A stretch of 63,132 nucleotides of DNA, filler included. It is 7 parts of 7 records of this genome, joined end to end, with 100 filler letters (N's around TTAATTAATTAA, not from the genome) between each part and the next. Parts side by side here need not be neighbours in the genome. Positions count along the whole stretch, not along the records: positions 36,320 to 49,823 come from SRR31156797_18820; 6 more parts are not named here. One strand, written 5' to 3'. The notes under the pieces were generated by a model that worked only from the letters and a program-made list of their open reading frames with translations, searched no databases and had not been told where the DNA came from. The translations under genes were made by a program, and so were the position numbers. The first letter of the stretch is position 1. Every line of letters begins with the position of its first letter. Shown here piece by piece: positions 38,409-48,109 of this stretch.

Positions 38409-40034
38409 TTGATTAATATATCTGAAAATAGTTCATTGTTGCGCGGTAGGTCCGTATTTGCGTCGTTTTCTCCCGCCATTGTCTGCGCGGTATTTTTCTT
38501 TGCCTTTGTTTTGGCTGGTCCTGTTGCCCATGCCTACGATAAATCCGAGTTGAAAATTGCCCGGACCATTGCCAATGTTCGTTCCAAACCCGATCTTAAG
38601 GGAGAGGTTGTCTGGGTTCTTTCTCCGGCGGAAAGCTTTCTGGTCGGCAAGGCCCAGGGTAGCTGGTTTCCGGTCTATCCCGTTTCCGCAAAAAAGGGTG
38701 CCGACCCTGTGGGCTATATTTCTCGAAAGGTTGTAGTTCCCGCTGCGGCAGACAGTCCTATGGCGGACTGGGCTGATATCCGTTATGTGGGTAAGGATTT
38801 GAAGTTCCATCTTGAGCGGACAGTGAAGTCTTCAACTGGCGGGATGATCAAGTCTGGTGATAAGATCAAAGTCGGTTTTCTCAAAGATGGCTGGTATGCA
38901 ATTTTCAACGCTGACGCTCTGGTAACTTCCGAGGCTGATGCTCTTGGTTATGTTAAAAAGGATGATGTGGATATCGTTTTGGATGATGCCCGTATCCGGT
39001 ATGCTGTTCGTAAAATTAATGTGATTGAAAAACCTGTGGCCACATCAAGGGCTGTAGGCGTACTCAGTCCCGGACACCGCGCGCAGGTGGGGGCAGAAAA
39101 GGGTGGTATGTATGCCCTTTATCGCGTTGATACCATGGTTAAAGATGACACTCCGGTCTGGGGTTATGCCTGGGGGCCTTTTCTTGCTCCTTATCCTAAA
39201 AATCTGGAAAAAGCTCAGATGGCCGGGATAGATGCCCGTAAAGCTGAGCTCAAGGCTGAAGAGGGGCGTAAGGCAAAGGCGGAAGTTAAGAGAGGCAGTG
39301 AGCTGGCCGCTATGGAAGAAGCCATGGATGAGATGTTGATGGCTCCGGTACAGACCAAGACCCTTTATGCTACTGCAGTGCTTAATATTCGCTCTGAACC
39401 TAACGCAAAGTCTTTGATCGTAGGTAAGCTTGAACTCGGAGAAGCTGTTAGCGTGGGTCAGGAAGAAGGCAAATGGTATCCTGTTTTCAAGTCGGGTAAA
39501 GATAAAGAGCTTAAGCGGGTGGGGTATGTTTTCGGTACTTATCTTAAAGCTGAAGCACCGGTCATTGAAAAGGAAAAACCGCGTAAAAAACGAGCCTCCG
39601 GCGGTCCCGATGAAGTGCCCATTAAGATTACCTCCACCAAGATGACTTTCAGCGAGAATCGTAACCGGATTACCTTTGCCGGTAATGTTAAGGTCGTGCG
39701 TCTTGATGTGACCCTTACTTCCGATACCTTGACTGCGCATCTGAGACCCGAGGGCGATTCTCTTTCCGATACTCAGGACAAGATTAAGAAGATCGTGGCC
39801 GGGGGTAATGTCAAAGTAGTCATGAAGAAGCGTAAAGGCCATTGTGACAAGCTGACCTATGTTGTGGGGGATTCCATCATTTATATGAATGGCAATGCAG
39901 AATTACAGGATGGTCCCAACCTTATTCAGGGGGATGAGATTAAATTTTACCTGAAGGATAACCGTGCTGAGGTCGTTGGCGGCAATAAGCCTATTGAGGC
40001 TATTTTCTACACCCCCAAAAATGTTTCTCCTTAG
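38409..40034 (+). CDS. lptA: LptA/OstA domain protein with four N-terminal SH3b-like domains
   Basis: C-terminal PIKITS...FAGNVKV...IVAGGNVKV...IQGDEIKFYL; repeated NVRSKP/NIRSEP...W..V...GY segments; lptC-lptA-lptB synteny. Confidence 0.82.
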   Translation: MINISENSSLLRGRSVFASFSPAIVCAVFFFAFVLAGPVAHAYDKSELKIARTIANVRSKPDLKGEVVWVLSPAESFLVGKAQGSWFPVYPVSAKKGADPVGYISRKVVVPAAADSPMADWADIRYVGKDLKFHLERTVKSSTGGMIKSGDKIKVGFLKDGWYAIFNADALVTSEADALGYVKKDDVDIVLDDARIRYAVRKINVIEKPVATSRAVGVLSPGHRAQVGAEKGGMYALYRVDTMVKDDTPVWGYAWGPFLAPYPKNLEKAQMAGIDARKAELKAEEGRKAKAEVKRGSELAAMEEAMDEMLMAPVQTKTLYATAVLNIRSEPNAKSLIVGKLELGEAVSVGQEEGKWYPVFKSGKDKELKRVGYVFGTYLKAEAPVIEKEKPRKKRASGGPDEVPIKITSTKMTFSENRNRITFAGNVKVVRLDVTLTSDTLTAHLRPEGDSLSDTQDKIKKIVAGGNVKVVMKKRKGHCDKLTYVVGDSIIYMNGNAELQDGPNLIQGDEIKFYLKDNRAEVVGGNKPIEAIFYTPKNVSP

Positions 40035-40064
40035 GGCTTTGAATATTTAATTTACAGGAATTGT

Positions 40065-40787
40065 ATGTCTTCGATTATCGCCAAAAAACTGGTCAAAAAT
40101 TATGGGCCTAAAGAGGTTGTCCGTGGAATCGGGCTGACTGTGCGCGAGGGCGAGGTTGTGGGACTGCTCGGCCCAAACGGGGCCGGCAAGACTACAACAT
40201 TTTACATGCTTGTAGGCGTAGTTAAGCCCACGTTCGGGGACGTTTATTTCAATAAACAGCCGATCACTACGTTGCCCCTGCATGAACGGGCGCGTTTGGG
40301 GCTTAGTTATCTACCGCAGGAAAGTTCCATTTTTAAAAAGCTCTCCGTGCGTAAGAATCTTGAGATTATCATCGAGCACACCGGGCTTTCCGGTAAAGAT
40401 GTACCTAAAAGAGCGGACGAGTTGCTGGATCAGCTTGGCATTCTCCGTCTTGCGGACCAAAAGGCTATGTATCTTTCCGGTGGTGAACGCCGCAGGCTTG
40501 AGATTGCCCGGGCCATGATCAATAACCCTAAGTTCATCCTGCTTGATGAACCGTTTGCAGGTATCGACCCTATTGCGGTAATTGATATTCAGGATATTAT
40601 TTCCACGCTTAAAGATATGGGACTTGGTATTCTTATTTCCGACCATAACGTGCGTGAGACCCTTTCCATCTGTGACCGTGCTTATCTCGTTTATGAGGGC
40701 AGGGTGATTCTCAATGGTTCGCCGGAGAATATCGTGAAAAACACCAAGGCGCGCAGGCTTTATTTGGGAGATAGTTTTAGCCTGTAG
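40065..40787 (+). CDS. lptB: LPS export ABC transporter ATP-binding protein
   Basis: GPNGAGKTT, YLPQE, LSGGERRRLE, DEPFAGIDP, DHNVRET, YLG. Confidence 0.96.
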   Translation: MSSIIAKKLVKNYGPKEVVRGIGLTVREGEVVGLLGPNGAGKTTTFYMLVGVVKPTFGDVYFNKQPITTLPLHERARLGLSYLPQESSIFKKLSVRKNLEIIIEHTGLSGKDVPKRADELLDQLGILRLADQKAMYLSGGERRRLEIARAMINNPKFILLDEPFAGIDPIAVIDIQDIISTLKDMGLGILISDHNVRETLSICDRAYLVYEGRVILNGSPENIVKNTKARRLYLGDSFSL

Positions 40788-40812
40788 TTTTATGTGCTGA
40801 AATTTAAATTGT

Positions 40813-40853
40813 ACAAGCCGGAACTCTTTGGGGGGTTCCGGCTTGTTTTTTTT
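40813..40853 (+). terminator. Intrinsic terminator after lptB
   Basis: ACAAGCCGGAAC/GTTCCGGCTTGT stem plus T-run. Confidence 0.8.
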
Positions 40854-41120
40854 GGTACAAAGTTTGATGAATTTTGTCATTGTAGATTTACAGTTGAGCC
40901 GAACATTGGTACACTTTTTTCATATGCATCTCTTTTTTACAAAAAATCCTTAAATTTCAGACAAATCAGAGGTCTTTCTTGCATCTTGCAACGGGATGTG
41001 GCATAGTTAAATCAAGCTCGGATTAATAGATTGAGAAAAAAATGATTAGTCCGGCATCTAATGTAGAAATAAATCTGAATCTGAAAATATACGAATCAAT
41101 TTACAAGGTGGCCTGAATAT

Positions 41121-42536
41121 ATGGGGTTGGAACTTAGACAACAATTAAAGCTTACTCAACAGCTGGTAATGACTCCTCAGCTGCAGCAGGCGATCAAGTT
41201 GTTGCAGCTTTCCCGCTTGGAGCTGTTGGATTCCGTCCATCAGGAACTCATGGAGAATCCTATCCTTGAAGAAGCTGAAGCACAGGAACGGACAGATTCT
41301 CCTGATGCTGACGCAGGCACCGCTACTGCCGAAGAAGCACAAATTTCAAAGGAAGCCGAGTGGGAAAACTATCTCGGTGAATTTTCCAGCACATCAAAGC
41401 AGTCCGCTTCCCGCGAGTCTGAATCATATGAAGAAGGGACTTCTTTTGAAGCCCGTCTGACCAAGTCAGCATCTCTTGAAGGACATCTGCATTGGCAGAT
41501 GAGCCTCTCCGATTTTACCGAGGAAGAAAAGGTCATCGGCGAATGCCTTATGGGTAATTTGAGTTCAGGAGGTTTTTTACGGATAGACTTGGAAGATGTA
41601 TGTGAAACGTGCTATGCTGAAATCGAAGATGTAGAAAAGGTTTTACATCGTATCCAGCGATTTGATCCGGTAGGCGTGGCGGCAAGGACTCCGCAGGAAT
41701 GTCTGCTTATCCAGTTGGAAGCATTAAAGCTTGACGATGATCCAATTCTGGTTTCGCTGGTCCGGGATCATCTGGATGACCTTGAAAAGAAGCGTTATAA
41801 GCCTCTGGCAAGGAAGTTCAAGCTCAGCATGGAGGATTTGAAGAGTTATCTGGATTTGATGCAGACACTTGATCCCTTGCCCGGAGCAAGTTTTTCAAGC
41901 GGAGACTCTTTCTATGTCAGCCCTGATGCTTATGTTTATGAATATGACGGTGATTTTGTCATAGTTCTGAACGAAGATGGTCTTCCTAAATTGCAGATGA
42001 ATGCTTTTTATGTGGAGACCCTTGAATCAACCAAGGGAGATGACAAAGAATATTTTCAGGATAAGATGCGTTCCGCACAATGGCTGATGAAGAGCCTGTA
42101 TCAGCGGCAGCGTACCTTATATAAAGTTCTTGAATCCATAGTGAGATTTCAGCGCGATTTTTTCGCCCAAGGTGTCACCAAGTTAAAACCGCTTATTCTT
42201 AAGGAGGTTGCGGAAGACATCGAAATGCATGAATCCACTGTGAGCCGAATTACTACTAATAAGTATGTTTCTACTCCGCATGGAATCTATGAACTAAAAT
42301 TCTTTTTTAATAGTGCTCTCGGTCTGGATGACGGTTCTCAGGTCGGTTCCGAGTCCGTCAAGGCGACGATTAAGAAATTGATCGGTGAAGAAGACGGAAA
42401 GAAACCCCTCAGCGACGAAAAGATAGCTGAGATTCTCAAAGAGAAACTGGAAGTCAATATAGCCAGAAGGACCGTAGCTAAGTATAGGACTGCAATGGGG
42501 ATTCTCTCCTCATCCAAGAGGAAAAAGGTATTCTAA
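41121..42536 (+). CDS. rpoN: RNA polymerase sigma-54 factor
   Basis: MTPQLQQAIKLLQL, HESTVSR, RpoN box ARRTVAKYR. Confidence 0.98.
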   Translation: MGLELRQQLKLTQQLVMTPQLQQAIKLLQLSRLELLDSVHQELMENPILEEAEAQERTDSPDADAGTATAEEAQISKEAEWENYLGEFSSTSKQSASRESESYEEGTSFEARLTKSASLEGHLHWQMSLSDFTEEEKVIGECLMGNLSSGGFLRIDLEDVCETCYAEIEDVEKVLHRIQRFDPVGVAARTPQECLLIQLEALKLDDDPILVSLVRDHLDDLEKKRYKPLARKFKLSMEDLKSYLDLMQTLDPLPGASFSSGDSFYVSPDAYVYEYDGDFVIVLNEDGLPKLQMNAFYVETLESTKGDDKEYFQDKMRSAQWLMKSLYQRQRTLYKVLESIVRFQRDFFAQGVTKLKPLILKEVAEDIEMHESTVSRITTNKYVSTPHGIYELKFFFNSALGLDDGSQVGSESVKATIKKLIGEEDGKKPLSDEKIAEILKEKLEVNIARRTVAKYRTAMGILSSSKRKKVF

Positions 42537-42587
42537 TGTAGTCCGGAGAAATCAAAGCATATTCACCCTTTACTAAGGAGGCTCTTT

Positions 42588-43124
42588 ATGAACGTAGCAT
42601 TTACTTTTAAGAATTTCGACGCATCCGAACATCTTAAGGAATATGCGAACAGCCGTTTCTCCAAGTTGGTAAAGTACGTTAGCAATCCCGATAACACTGA
42701 TATGCAGGTGAATCTGTCAGTTGATAAGTTCAGGCATGTTGCGGAAGTTGTTTTCAGCTCTGATCATCTTCATGTCTCAGCTTACGAAGTGTCCGAGGAC
42801 ATGTATTCCACCGTGGATATGGTTCTGGACAAGCTTGAAGCCCAGCTTCGCCGCGCAAATGAAAAGATGAGAAGCCATAGGCGTAAGGAGGCAGCTCCTG
42901 CCCGTATGGATATTCTCAGCTACGGAGAGGAACAGTACAGAGAGCCTGTGATTGTGGAATCCGACTCTTTTGTTCCTAAGCCCATGAGTGTTGATGAAGC
43001 TGCTGAACAGCTTCAGACCCTCGACCATGAATTCCTCGTATTTCGTAACGCGGATAACGAAGCCATAAACGTAATATACCGCCGCAATAACGGCGACTTC
43101 GGTTTAATTGACCCAGGATACTAA
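42588..43124 (+). CDS. hpf: Ribosome hibernation promoting factor, long form
   Basis: DMYSTVD, KPMSVDEAA, VIYRRNNGDFGLI; follows rpoN. Confidence 0.92.
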   Translation: MNVAFTFKNFDASEHLKEYANSRFSKLVKYVSNPDNTDMQVNLSVDKFRHVAEVVFSSDHLHVSAYEVSEDMYSTVDMVLDKLEAQLRRANEKMRSHRRKEAAPARMDILSYGEEQYREPVIVESDSFVPKPMSVDEAAEQLQTLDHEFLVFRNADNEAINVIYRRNNGDFGLIDPGY

Positions 43125-43127
43125 CTG

Positions 43128-43577
43128 ATGAATATAACTGATAATCTGGCGAAGGATCTTGTTGTTCATGAACTGCAGGCCTCTGATAAGAGTGAAGTTC
43201 TGAAAGAAATGGTTTCCACCCTAAAGGACGCAGGTCTGGAAGTGGATGTGGAAAATGCCTTAAAGGTCCTTAATGATCGTGAAAAACTTGGAACAACCGG
43301 AATCGGGGATGGCATAGCTATCCCCCACGGTAAACTGGAATGTCTTGAAGAGATTGTAGTGGTCGTCGGCCGATCAAGTGAGGGAGTCGATTTCGAATCT
43401 CTGGACATGCAGCCATGTAAGATATTCTTTATGGTACTGGCCCCCGAGCAGGGGGCCGGTGCTCATTTGAAGGTGCTGGCGCAGATTTCCCGGCAACTTA
43501 AAGATGAAGCATTTCGGCAGGCATTTATAGAGACAGAGGACAAGCAGGAATTGCTTAAACTCCTCGGTCTCAGCTAG
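43128..43577 (+). CDS. ptsN: PTS IIA(Ntr)-type protein
   Basis: REKLGTTGIGDGIAIPHG, HLKVLAQISR. Confidence 0.92.
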   Translation: MNITDNLAKDLVVHELQASDKSEVLKEMVSTLKDAGLEVDVENALKVLNDREKLGTTGIGDGIAIPHGKLECLEEIVVVVGRSSEGVDFESLDMQPCKIFFMVLAPEQGAGAHLKVLAQISRQLKDEAFRQAFIETEDKQELLKLLGLS

Positions 43578-43652
43578 AGCCGGATTTTTTCAAATTATTG
43601 AAAGTTAGATTAGCAATGAACTTGGGTCATTGCTAATTTTGTTTGTAGGCTA

Positions 43653-44555
43653 TTGCGCAAGGAGGATGTTGGGGTGGTCGATGTAGATTCCTTTCCTGTT
43701 ATTGTTGTGAGCGGTCTTTCCGGGGCCGGTAAATCTACTGTTCTGAAGGTTTTTGAGGATCTGCGTTTTTTCTGTGTGGATGGACTGCCAGCTAGTATGC
43801 TTCCGCGTTTGGTCGAACTGTTTAATACCCGTGACAATGCTTATCGTGGTTTGGTGCTGGGCATGGATCTACGCCAGTTGGAATTCAGCGTCGACTGGGA
43901 GGCTACCCGTGAAGAACTTACATCCAAGGGATATCGCCCAAGTATTCTTTATCTTGAAGCCCGGTTGCCGGAGCTTGTACGCAGATATGCTACTACCCGC
44001 CGCTTGCATCCTCTCGAATCCAAGAATATAGGATTGGAGCAAGCGCTTGAAAAAGAGAAGGAAGCTCTTGGCGAAGTTCGTCAGCAGGCCGATTTGGTTA
44101 TTGATACGACGACTTACTCAATTCATGATCTGCGTCGTCGAATTCAGGAAAAATGGGCAGAGCTTAGTGAAAAGACGCGTGGATTGCGCGTGCATGTTAT
44201 GTCTTTTGGCTTTAAGCACGATGTTCCAACCGCAGCGGATATGGTCATGGACCTCCGTTTTTTGCCTAATCCATATTTCGAAGAAGAGCTCCGTCCGCTT
44301 TCCGGTCAGGATAAAGCTATTTCAGATTATGTTTTAGGTACCGAACCGGGCTCAATTTTTATTGAGAAATATCTCGATTTCCTTCAATATGTCCTTCCTC
44401 TTTACGAGGCGGAAGGAAGATACAGGCTAACCATTGCCGTAGGTTGTACCGGCGGACGCCATCGCTCCGTTGCCACGGCTGAAAGGATATTTGCAACTCT
44501 TAAAGATAATGGTTATTCTGTCTCACTTGAGCATAAGCACATTCATTTGAAATAG
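43653..44555 (+). CDS. rapZ: RNase adapter / P-loop protein RapZ
   Basis: GLSGAGKS, TTRRLHP, SFGFK, RFLPNP, GCTGGRHRSV; start may be the GTG at 43674. Confidence 0.95.
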   Translation: MRKEDVGVVDVDSFPVIVVSGLSGAGKSTVLKVFEDLRFFCVDGLPASMLPRLVELFNTRDNAYRGLVLGMDLRQLEFSVDWEATREELTSKGYRPSILYLEARLPELVRRYATTRRLHPLESKNIGLEQALEKEKEALGEVRQQADLVIDTTTYSIHDLRRRIQEKWAELSEKTRGLRVHVMSFGFKHDVPTAADMVMDLRFLPNPYFEEELRPLSGQDKAISDYVLGTEPGSIFIEKYLDFLQYVLPLYEAEGRYRLTIAVGCTGGRHRSVATAERIFATLKDNGYSVSLEHKHIHLK

Positions 44556-44584
44556 TTTTATAGTTGAATATATCGGGAATTTTG

Positions 44585-45013
44585 ATGGGCATAGAATCTA
44601 GCAAAAACGGAATTGTTCTCGTTACCCATGGTAACTTCGGACAGGCGCTTATTGAAGCGGGTGAATTGATTGTCGGTCCTCAGGAGGGAGTGCTTTCCCT
44701 TAGTGTCGATGTCTCTCAGGGCATTGATGCGGCAGTGGACTCCTTGAAAAGCAATATTGCCGAAGTGAATAACGGGAACGGAGTTCTCATTCTTACAGAT
44801 ATGTTCGGCGGAACACCCACGAACCTTAGTCTTTCCCTTTTGCAGGGTGATGATATTGAAGTTGTCACCGGGGTCAGCCTGCCTATGCTTCTGAAAGCTT
44901 TTCAGATGCGTAACGAGTCTTTGCAGAAGATGGCCGAAGAGGTTAGTAAAGCCGCGGCTAAAGGTATTGTAATTGCCGGCGAAATGCTGCGAAAACGAAC
45001 TTCCAAAGGGTAG
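44585..45013 (+). CDS. PTS mannose-family IIA component
   Basis: LVTHG, LTDMFGGTP, GVSLPML. Confidence 0.92.
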   Translation: MGIESSKNGIVLVTHGNFGQALIEAGELIVGPQEGVLSLSVDVSQGIDAAVDSLKSNIAEVNNGNGVLILTDMFGGTPTNLSLSLLQGDDIEVVTGVSLPMLLKAFQMRNESLQKMAEEVSKAAAKGIVIAGEMLRKRTSKG

Positions 45014-45014
45014 C

Positions 45015-45476
45015 ATGATGTGGGTGAGAATTGATAACCGTCTTGTTCATGGGCAGATTATTGAAACATGGCTTCCGTACACCCACGCAAAACATATAAT
45101 CGTGGCCAACGATGCCGTTGCCGGGGATGATTTGCAGCAGCAGATTATGTCACTGGCAATTCCGCAGTCAGTGAGCTGTTTTTTTTGTTCGGTAGAAGAT
45201 TTGAATGAGAAGATTCCTGCCCTGACCAACGGTAATGGGAGTACTATTATTCTGTTCTCGTCCTGTGCTGATGTGCGTAGGGCTTTGGATTCCGGCTTCA
45301 GGTTCAGTTCGGTCAATATCGGTAATATTCATTATGGTCCCGGTAAAAAACAGATTTCCCCCAGCGTGGCTTTGAGTTCTGATGATGAATCCTGTCTACA
45401 TTATTTTAAAGGGCAGGGCATAGAACTTGATTTTCGCTGTGTTCCTAATGATCCTGTACAGGTGAGGTTTTCATGA
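45015..45476 (+). CDS. PTS mannose/sorbose-family IIB component
   Basis: RIDNRLVHGQI, VNIGNIH. Confidence 0.92.
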   Translation: MMWVRIDNRLVHGQIIETWLPYTHAKHIIVANDAVAGDDLQQQIMSLAIPQSVSCFFCSVEDLNEKIPALTNGNGSTIILFSSCADVRRALDSGFRFSSVNIGNIHYGPGKKQISPSVALSSDDESCLHYFKGQGIELDFRCVPNDPVQVRFS

Positions 45477-46188
45477 GTCTGTTTCAAGGATTAGCTTTGT
45501 CCTTTCCCGTCTGGGTAGCTCTGATCGGTTTTTTTTTGCGATTTTTTCGCTTTTCCGTTTCACAATAAATCCCGGCCTTCTTGAACGGCCCCTTGTGGTA
45601 GGTGCCCTTTGGGGCGCTGTTACCGGCGATGTGGCTACGAGTCTCAAGATTGCCGTTTTTTTTGAGCTTTTCTGGCTGGATAACATTCCGGCTGGAACCT
45701 ACATTCCTCCCCATATTTTGGCCCCTACATTTGCCGCGTTAGCGTTAGCCACTTCTTTTGCATTTACCGAAGCACGTCAGGTTATGGTAATTCTGCTGGC
45801 TTGTTTGCCTTTGGCACGCATTGGAGCGTGGATGGATTATTCCCTCAGGCAATGGCACAACAGGGGATATAACAAACTTATCGGCTGGGCCCGTAAGGGT
45901 AAGGCGGGTGATCAACTCCCGCAAAAGCTGGTTTTTCGCTCTATTTTAAGAACTTTTGTTACTTCTTGGCTTTTTTTCTGGACAAGCACCATCATCCTTC
46001 ATTATATCCTTTGTATATTTTTTCACAAATGGGGACCGTTGGTCGCCGGAGTGGATATGAAATGGTCTTTTCTATGGATTGCAGCAAGCCTTGGAGGTCT
46101 TCTGGCCCTCAGACTGCGGAAAGCCTATGCCACTTTTGTCTTCGGAGTGGTCTTTTTCGGCTTTTTTATCCTTGCCGGGATTATATAG
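45473..46188 (+). CDS. PTS mannose-family IIC component, split by a -1 frameshift at a T9 tract (45529-45537)
   Basis: ATGA-coupled start gives MSLFQGLALSFPVWVALIGFF then stops after 31 codons; the -1 frame continues AIFSLFRFTINPGLLERPLVVG...ELFWLDNIPAGTYIPP. Confidence 0.7.
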
Positions 46189-46263
46189 ACTTGGCATAGA
46201 AAAAAGATTGTGATAGAAGACACAAGCTCAATTAGCTACCATATTTCTTAGGAGGAAATCATT

Positions 46264-47184
46264 ATGGCTATTATCGCAGTAGGACACAAAAACCCCGATA
46301 CCGATACCATTGCATCCGCAATCGCAATTGCTGACCTCTGGTCCAAAGCAAAAGAAGAAACCAAAGCTGTTGCACAGGGCGAACTTGCTCCTGAAACCGC
46401 TTTTGTTCTTGAAAAATTCGGTTGCGTTGCTCCCGAAATCATGACCGATGCTACCGATCAGAAAGTTATCCTCGTTGACCACTCTGACATTGCTCAGTCC
46501 ATGGACAACCTTGATAAGGGTGAAGTTGTAGCAGTAGTTGATCACCACAAACTTGGTGACGTAACTACCCCCAACCCCCTCGAAATGTGGGTATGGCCTG
46601 TAGGCTGCACCGGTACCGTTATCAACGCAATGTACAAGTTCTACAATGTAGAAATCCCCAAGAACATTGCTGGCGTACTTCTCTGTGCAATCCTGTCTGA
46701 CACCGTTATGTTCAAGTCCGTAACCTGCACCGAAGCTGACAAAGAAGCTGTTGCAGAACTGGCTAAGATTGCAGGTGTTGAAGACGTTATGGCTCTCGGA
46801 ATGGAAATGTTCAATGTTAAGTCCGCAGTTGCCGGTGCTTCCATGAATGAACTCATCTTCCGTGACTACAAAGATTTCGACATGTCCGGCAAAAAAGTTG
46901 GCATCGGCCAGCTTGAAGTTGTTGATCTGTCCGTTTTTGATAATATTAAAGATGACCTTTACGCTGAACTTGAAAAAGTTAAAGCTGACGGCCGTCACAG
47001 CTGCTTCCTGCTGCTGACCGACATCATGAAAGAAGGCTCTGAAATGCTCATCGTTTCCGACGACGCTTCTGTTGTTGAAAAAGCATTCGGCGTTGCTCCT
47101 GAAGGTACCAAAGTATACCTCGAAGGCGTAATGTCCCGCAAAAAGCAGGTTGTACCTAACTTTGAGAAAGCTTTCTCCGCATAA
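46264..47184 (+). CDS. ppaC: Manganese-dependent inorganic pyrophosphatase (family II)
   Basis: GHKNPDTD, VDH, DHH, ILSDT, SRKKQVVP. Confidence 0.96.
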   Translation: MAIIAVGHKNPDTDTIASAIAIADLWSKAKEETKAVAQGELAPETAFVLEKFGCVAPEIMTDATDQKVILVDHSDIAQSMDNLDKGEVVAVVDHHKLGDVTTPNPLEMWVWPVGCTGTVINAMYKFYNVEIPKNIAGVLLCAILSDTVMFKSVTCTEADKEAVAELAKIAGVEDVMALGMEMFNVKSAVAGASMNELIFRDYKDFDMSGKKVGIGQLEVVDLSVFDNIKDDLYAELEKVKADGRHSCFLLLTDIMKEGSEMLIVSDDASVVEKAFGVAPEGTKVYLEGVMSRKKQVVPNFEKAFSA

Positions 47185-47208
47185 GTTAAGTTAACATCGC
47201 TTCTTTAG

Positions 47209-47241
47209 GTCCGGCAGGTTAAGTCCTGCCGGACTTTTTTT
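47209..47241 (+). terminator. Intrinsic terminator after ppaC
   Basis: GTCCGGCAGG/CCTGCCGGAC stem plus T-run. Confidence 0.85.
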
Positions 47242-47347
47242 ATGTCGACGAAGGGCAGGGTGTTGCGTTACTAATTGTTTTTTCTTACATTTTAAATTCG
47301 TGATTCGGCTGGCTCGATTGGAGTTTATTAATATACAATGAGGTTTT

Positions 47348-47575
47348 ATGAAGATTACCTTGCTCTGTTATGCAACCTTTGCTGTTAAAAGCCCTGAAAA
47401 TTCTGAGGCATATCCTATTTCAGAAGGCGAAACTGTCTCAGATGTACTTGAAAGGGTGGGTATTCCAATTGACGAGGTAAAGATCGTTTTTGTTAACGGA
47501 GTGTCCTCAAAATTTGATATGCCACTTCAGGATGGTGATCGTGTTGGAGTTTTTCCTGCGGTCGGTGGTGGCTGA
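47348..47575 (+). CDS. MoaD/ThiS family sulfur carrier
   Basis: 75 aa, FVNG, GDRVGVFPAVGGG C-terminus. Confidence 0.9.
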   Translation: MKITLLCYATFAVKSPENSEAYPISEGETVSDVLERVGIPIDEVKIVFVNGVSSKFDMPLQDGDRVGVFPAVGGG

Positions 47576-47602
47576 TTATTTTTTTGTAATGGGGAGGTAG
47601 GG

Positions 47603-48109
47603 ATGAATTTTTTTGCACGAATAATGATTCTGAGTATGCTGTTGACGGCTCTCTTGGTCTCAGCCGTTGGTGCGGCGACTATCAACGGGAAAAATTGGTA
47701 TAATGAATCTCCGGGTGTGCATACAATGCAGATCTGGGTAGTTGAGCCGGATGTTTCCATTAAGAATGTTAAGTTCAAGAATGGGGAAAGCTCTTCATGG
47801 TCATGGCAATACGTGGATTCCACAAAGCAATCCGTTATCATGAGCGGGCCTAAGGCTTCTGGGGTTAACGCGATTAGACCTGATTTTCAGTTTACTTCGC
47901 CGCATAAAAAATACGATTTTTCAGTTGAATGGGCTGAGTTAAGTCAGGGGAATACCCTCACCGGGACAAATTTCTACATCAATAAAAAATGGCAATATAC
48001 TAAAGGTGATATCTCTCACGCGCCTACGCCTATTCCCGGAGCGGTCTTGTTATTTGCTGCTGGGCTTTCTGTGCTGGCTTTTCTGCGGCGTAAGATGTTC
48101 CATTCATAG
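47603..48109 (+). CDS. PEP-CTERM/VPLPA-CTERM-type exosortase substrate
   Basis: Signal peptide; C-terminal TPIPGAVLLFAAGLSVLAFLRRK. Confidence 0.8.
   Translation: MNFFARIMILSMLLTALLVSAVGAATINGKNWYNESPGVHTMQIWVVEPDVSIKNVKFKNGESSSWSWQYVDSTKQSVIMSGPKASGVNAIRPDFQFTSPHKKYDFSVEWAELSQGNTLTGTNFYINKKWQYTKGDISHAPTPIPGAVLLFAAGLSVLAFLRRKMFHS

Noticed and set aside
40854-41010. Possible sigma-54 -24/-12 sites upstream of rpoN (TGGTACAAAGTTTGA, TGGTACACTTTTTTC, TGGCATAG)
   Set aside because: None has the required GC at -12; too weak to call.
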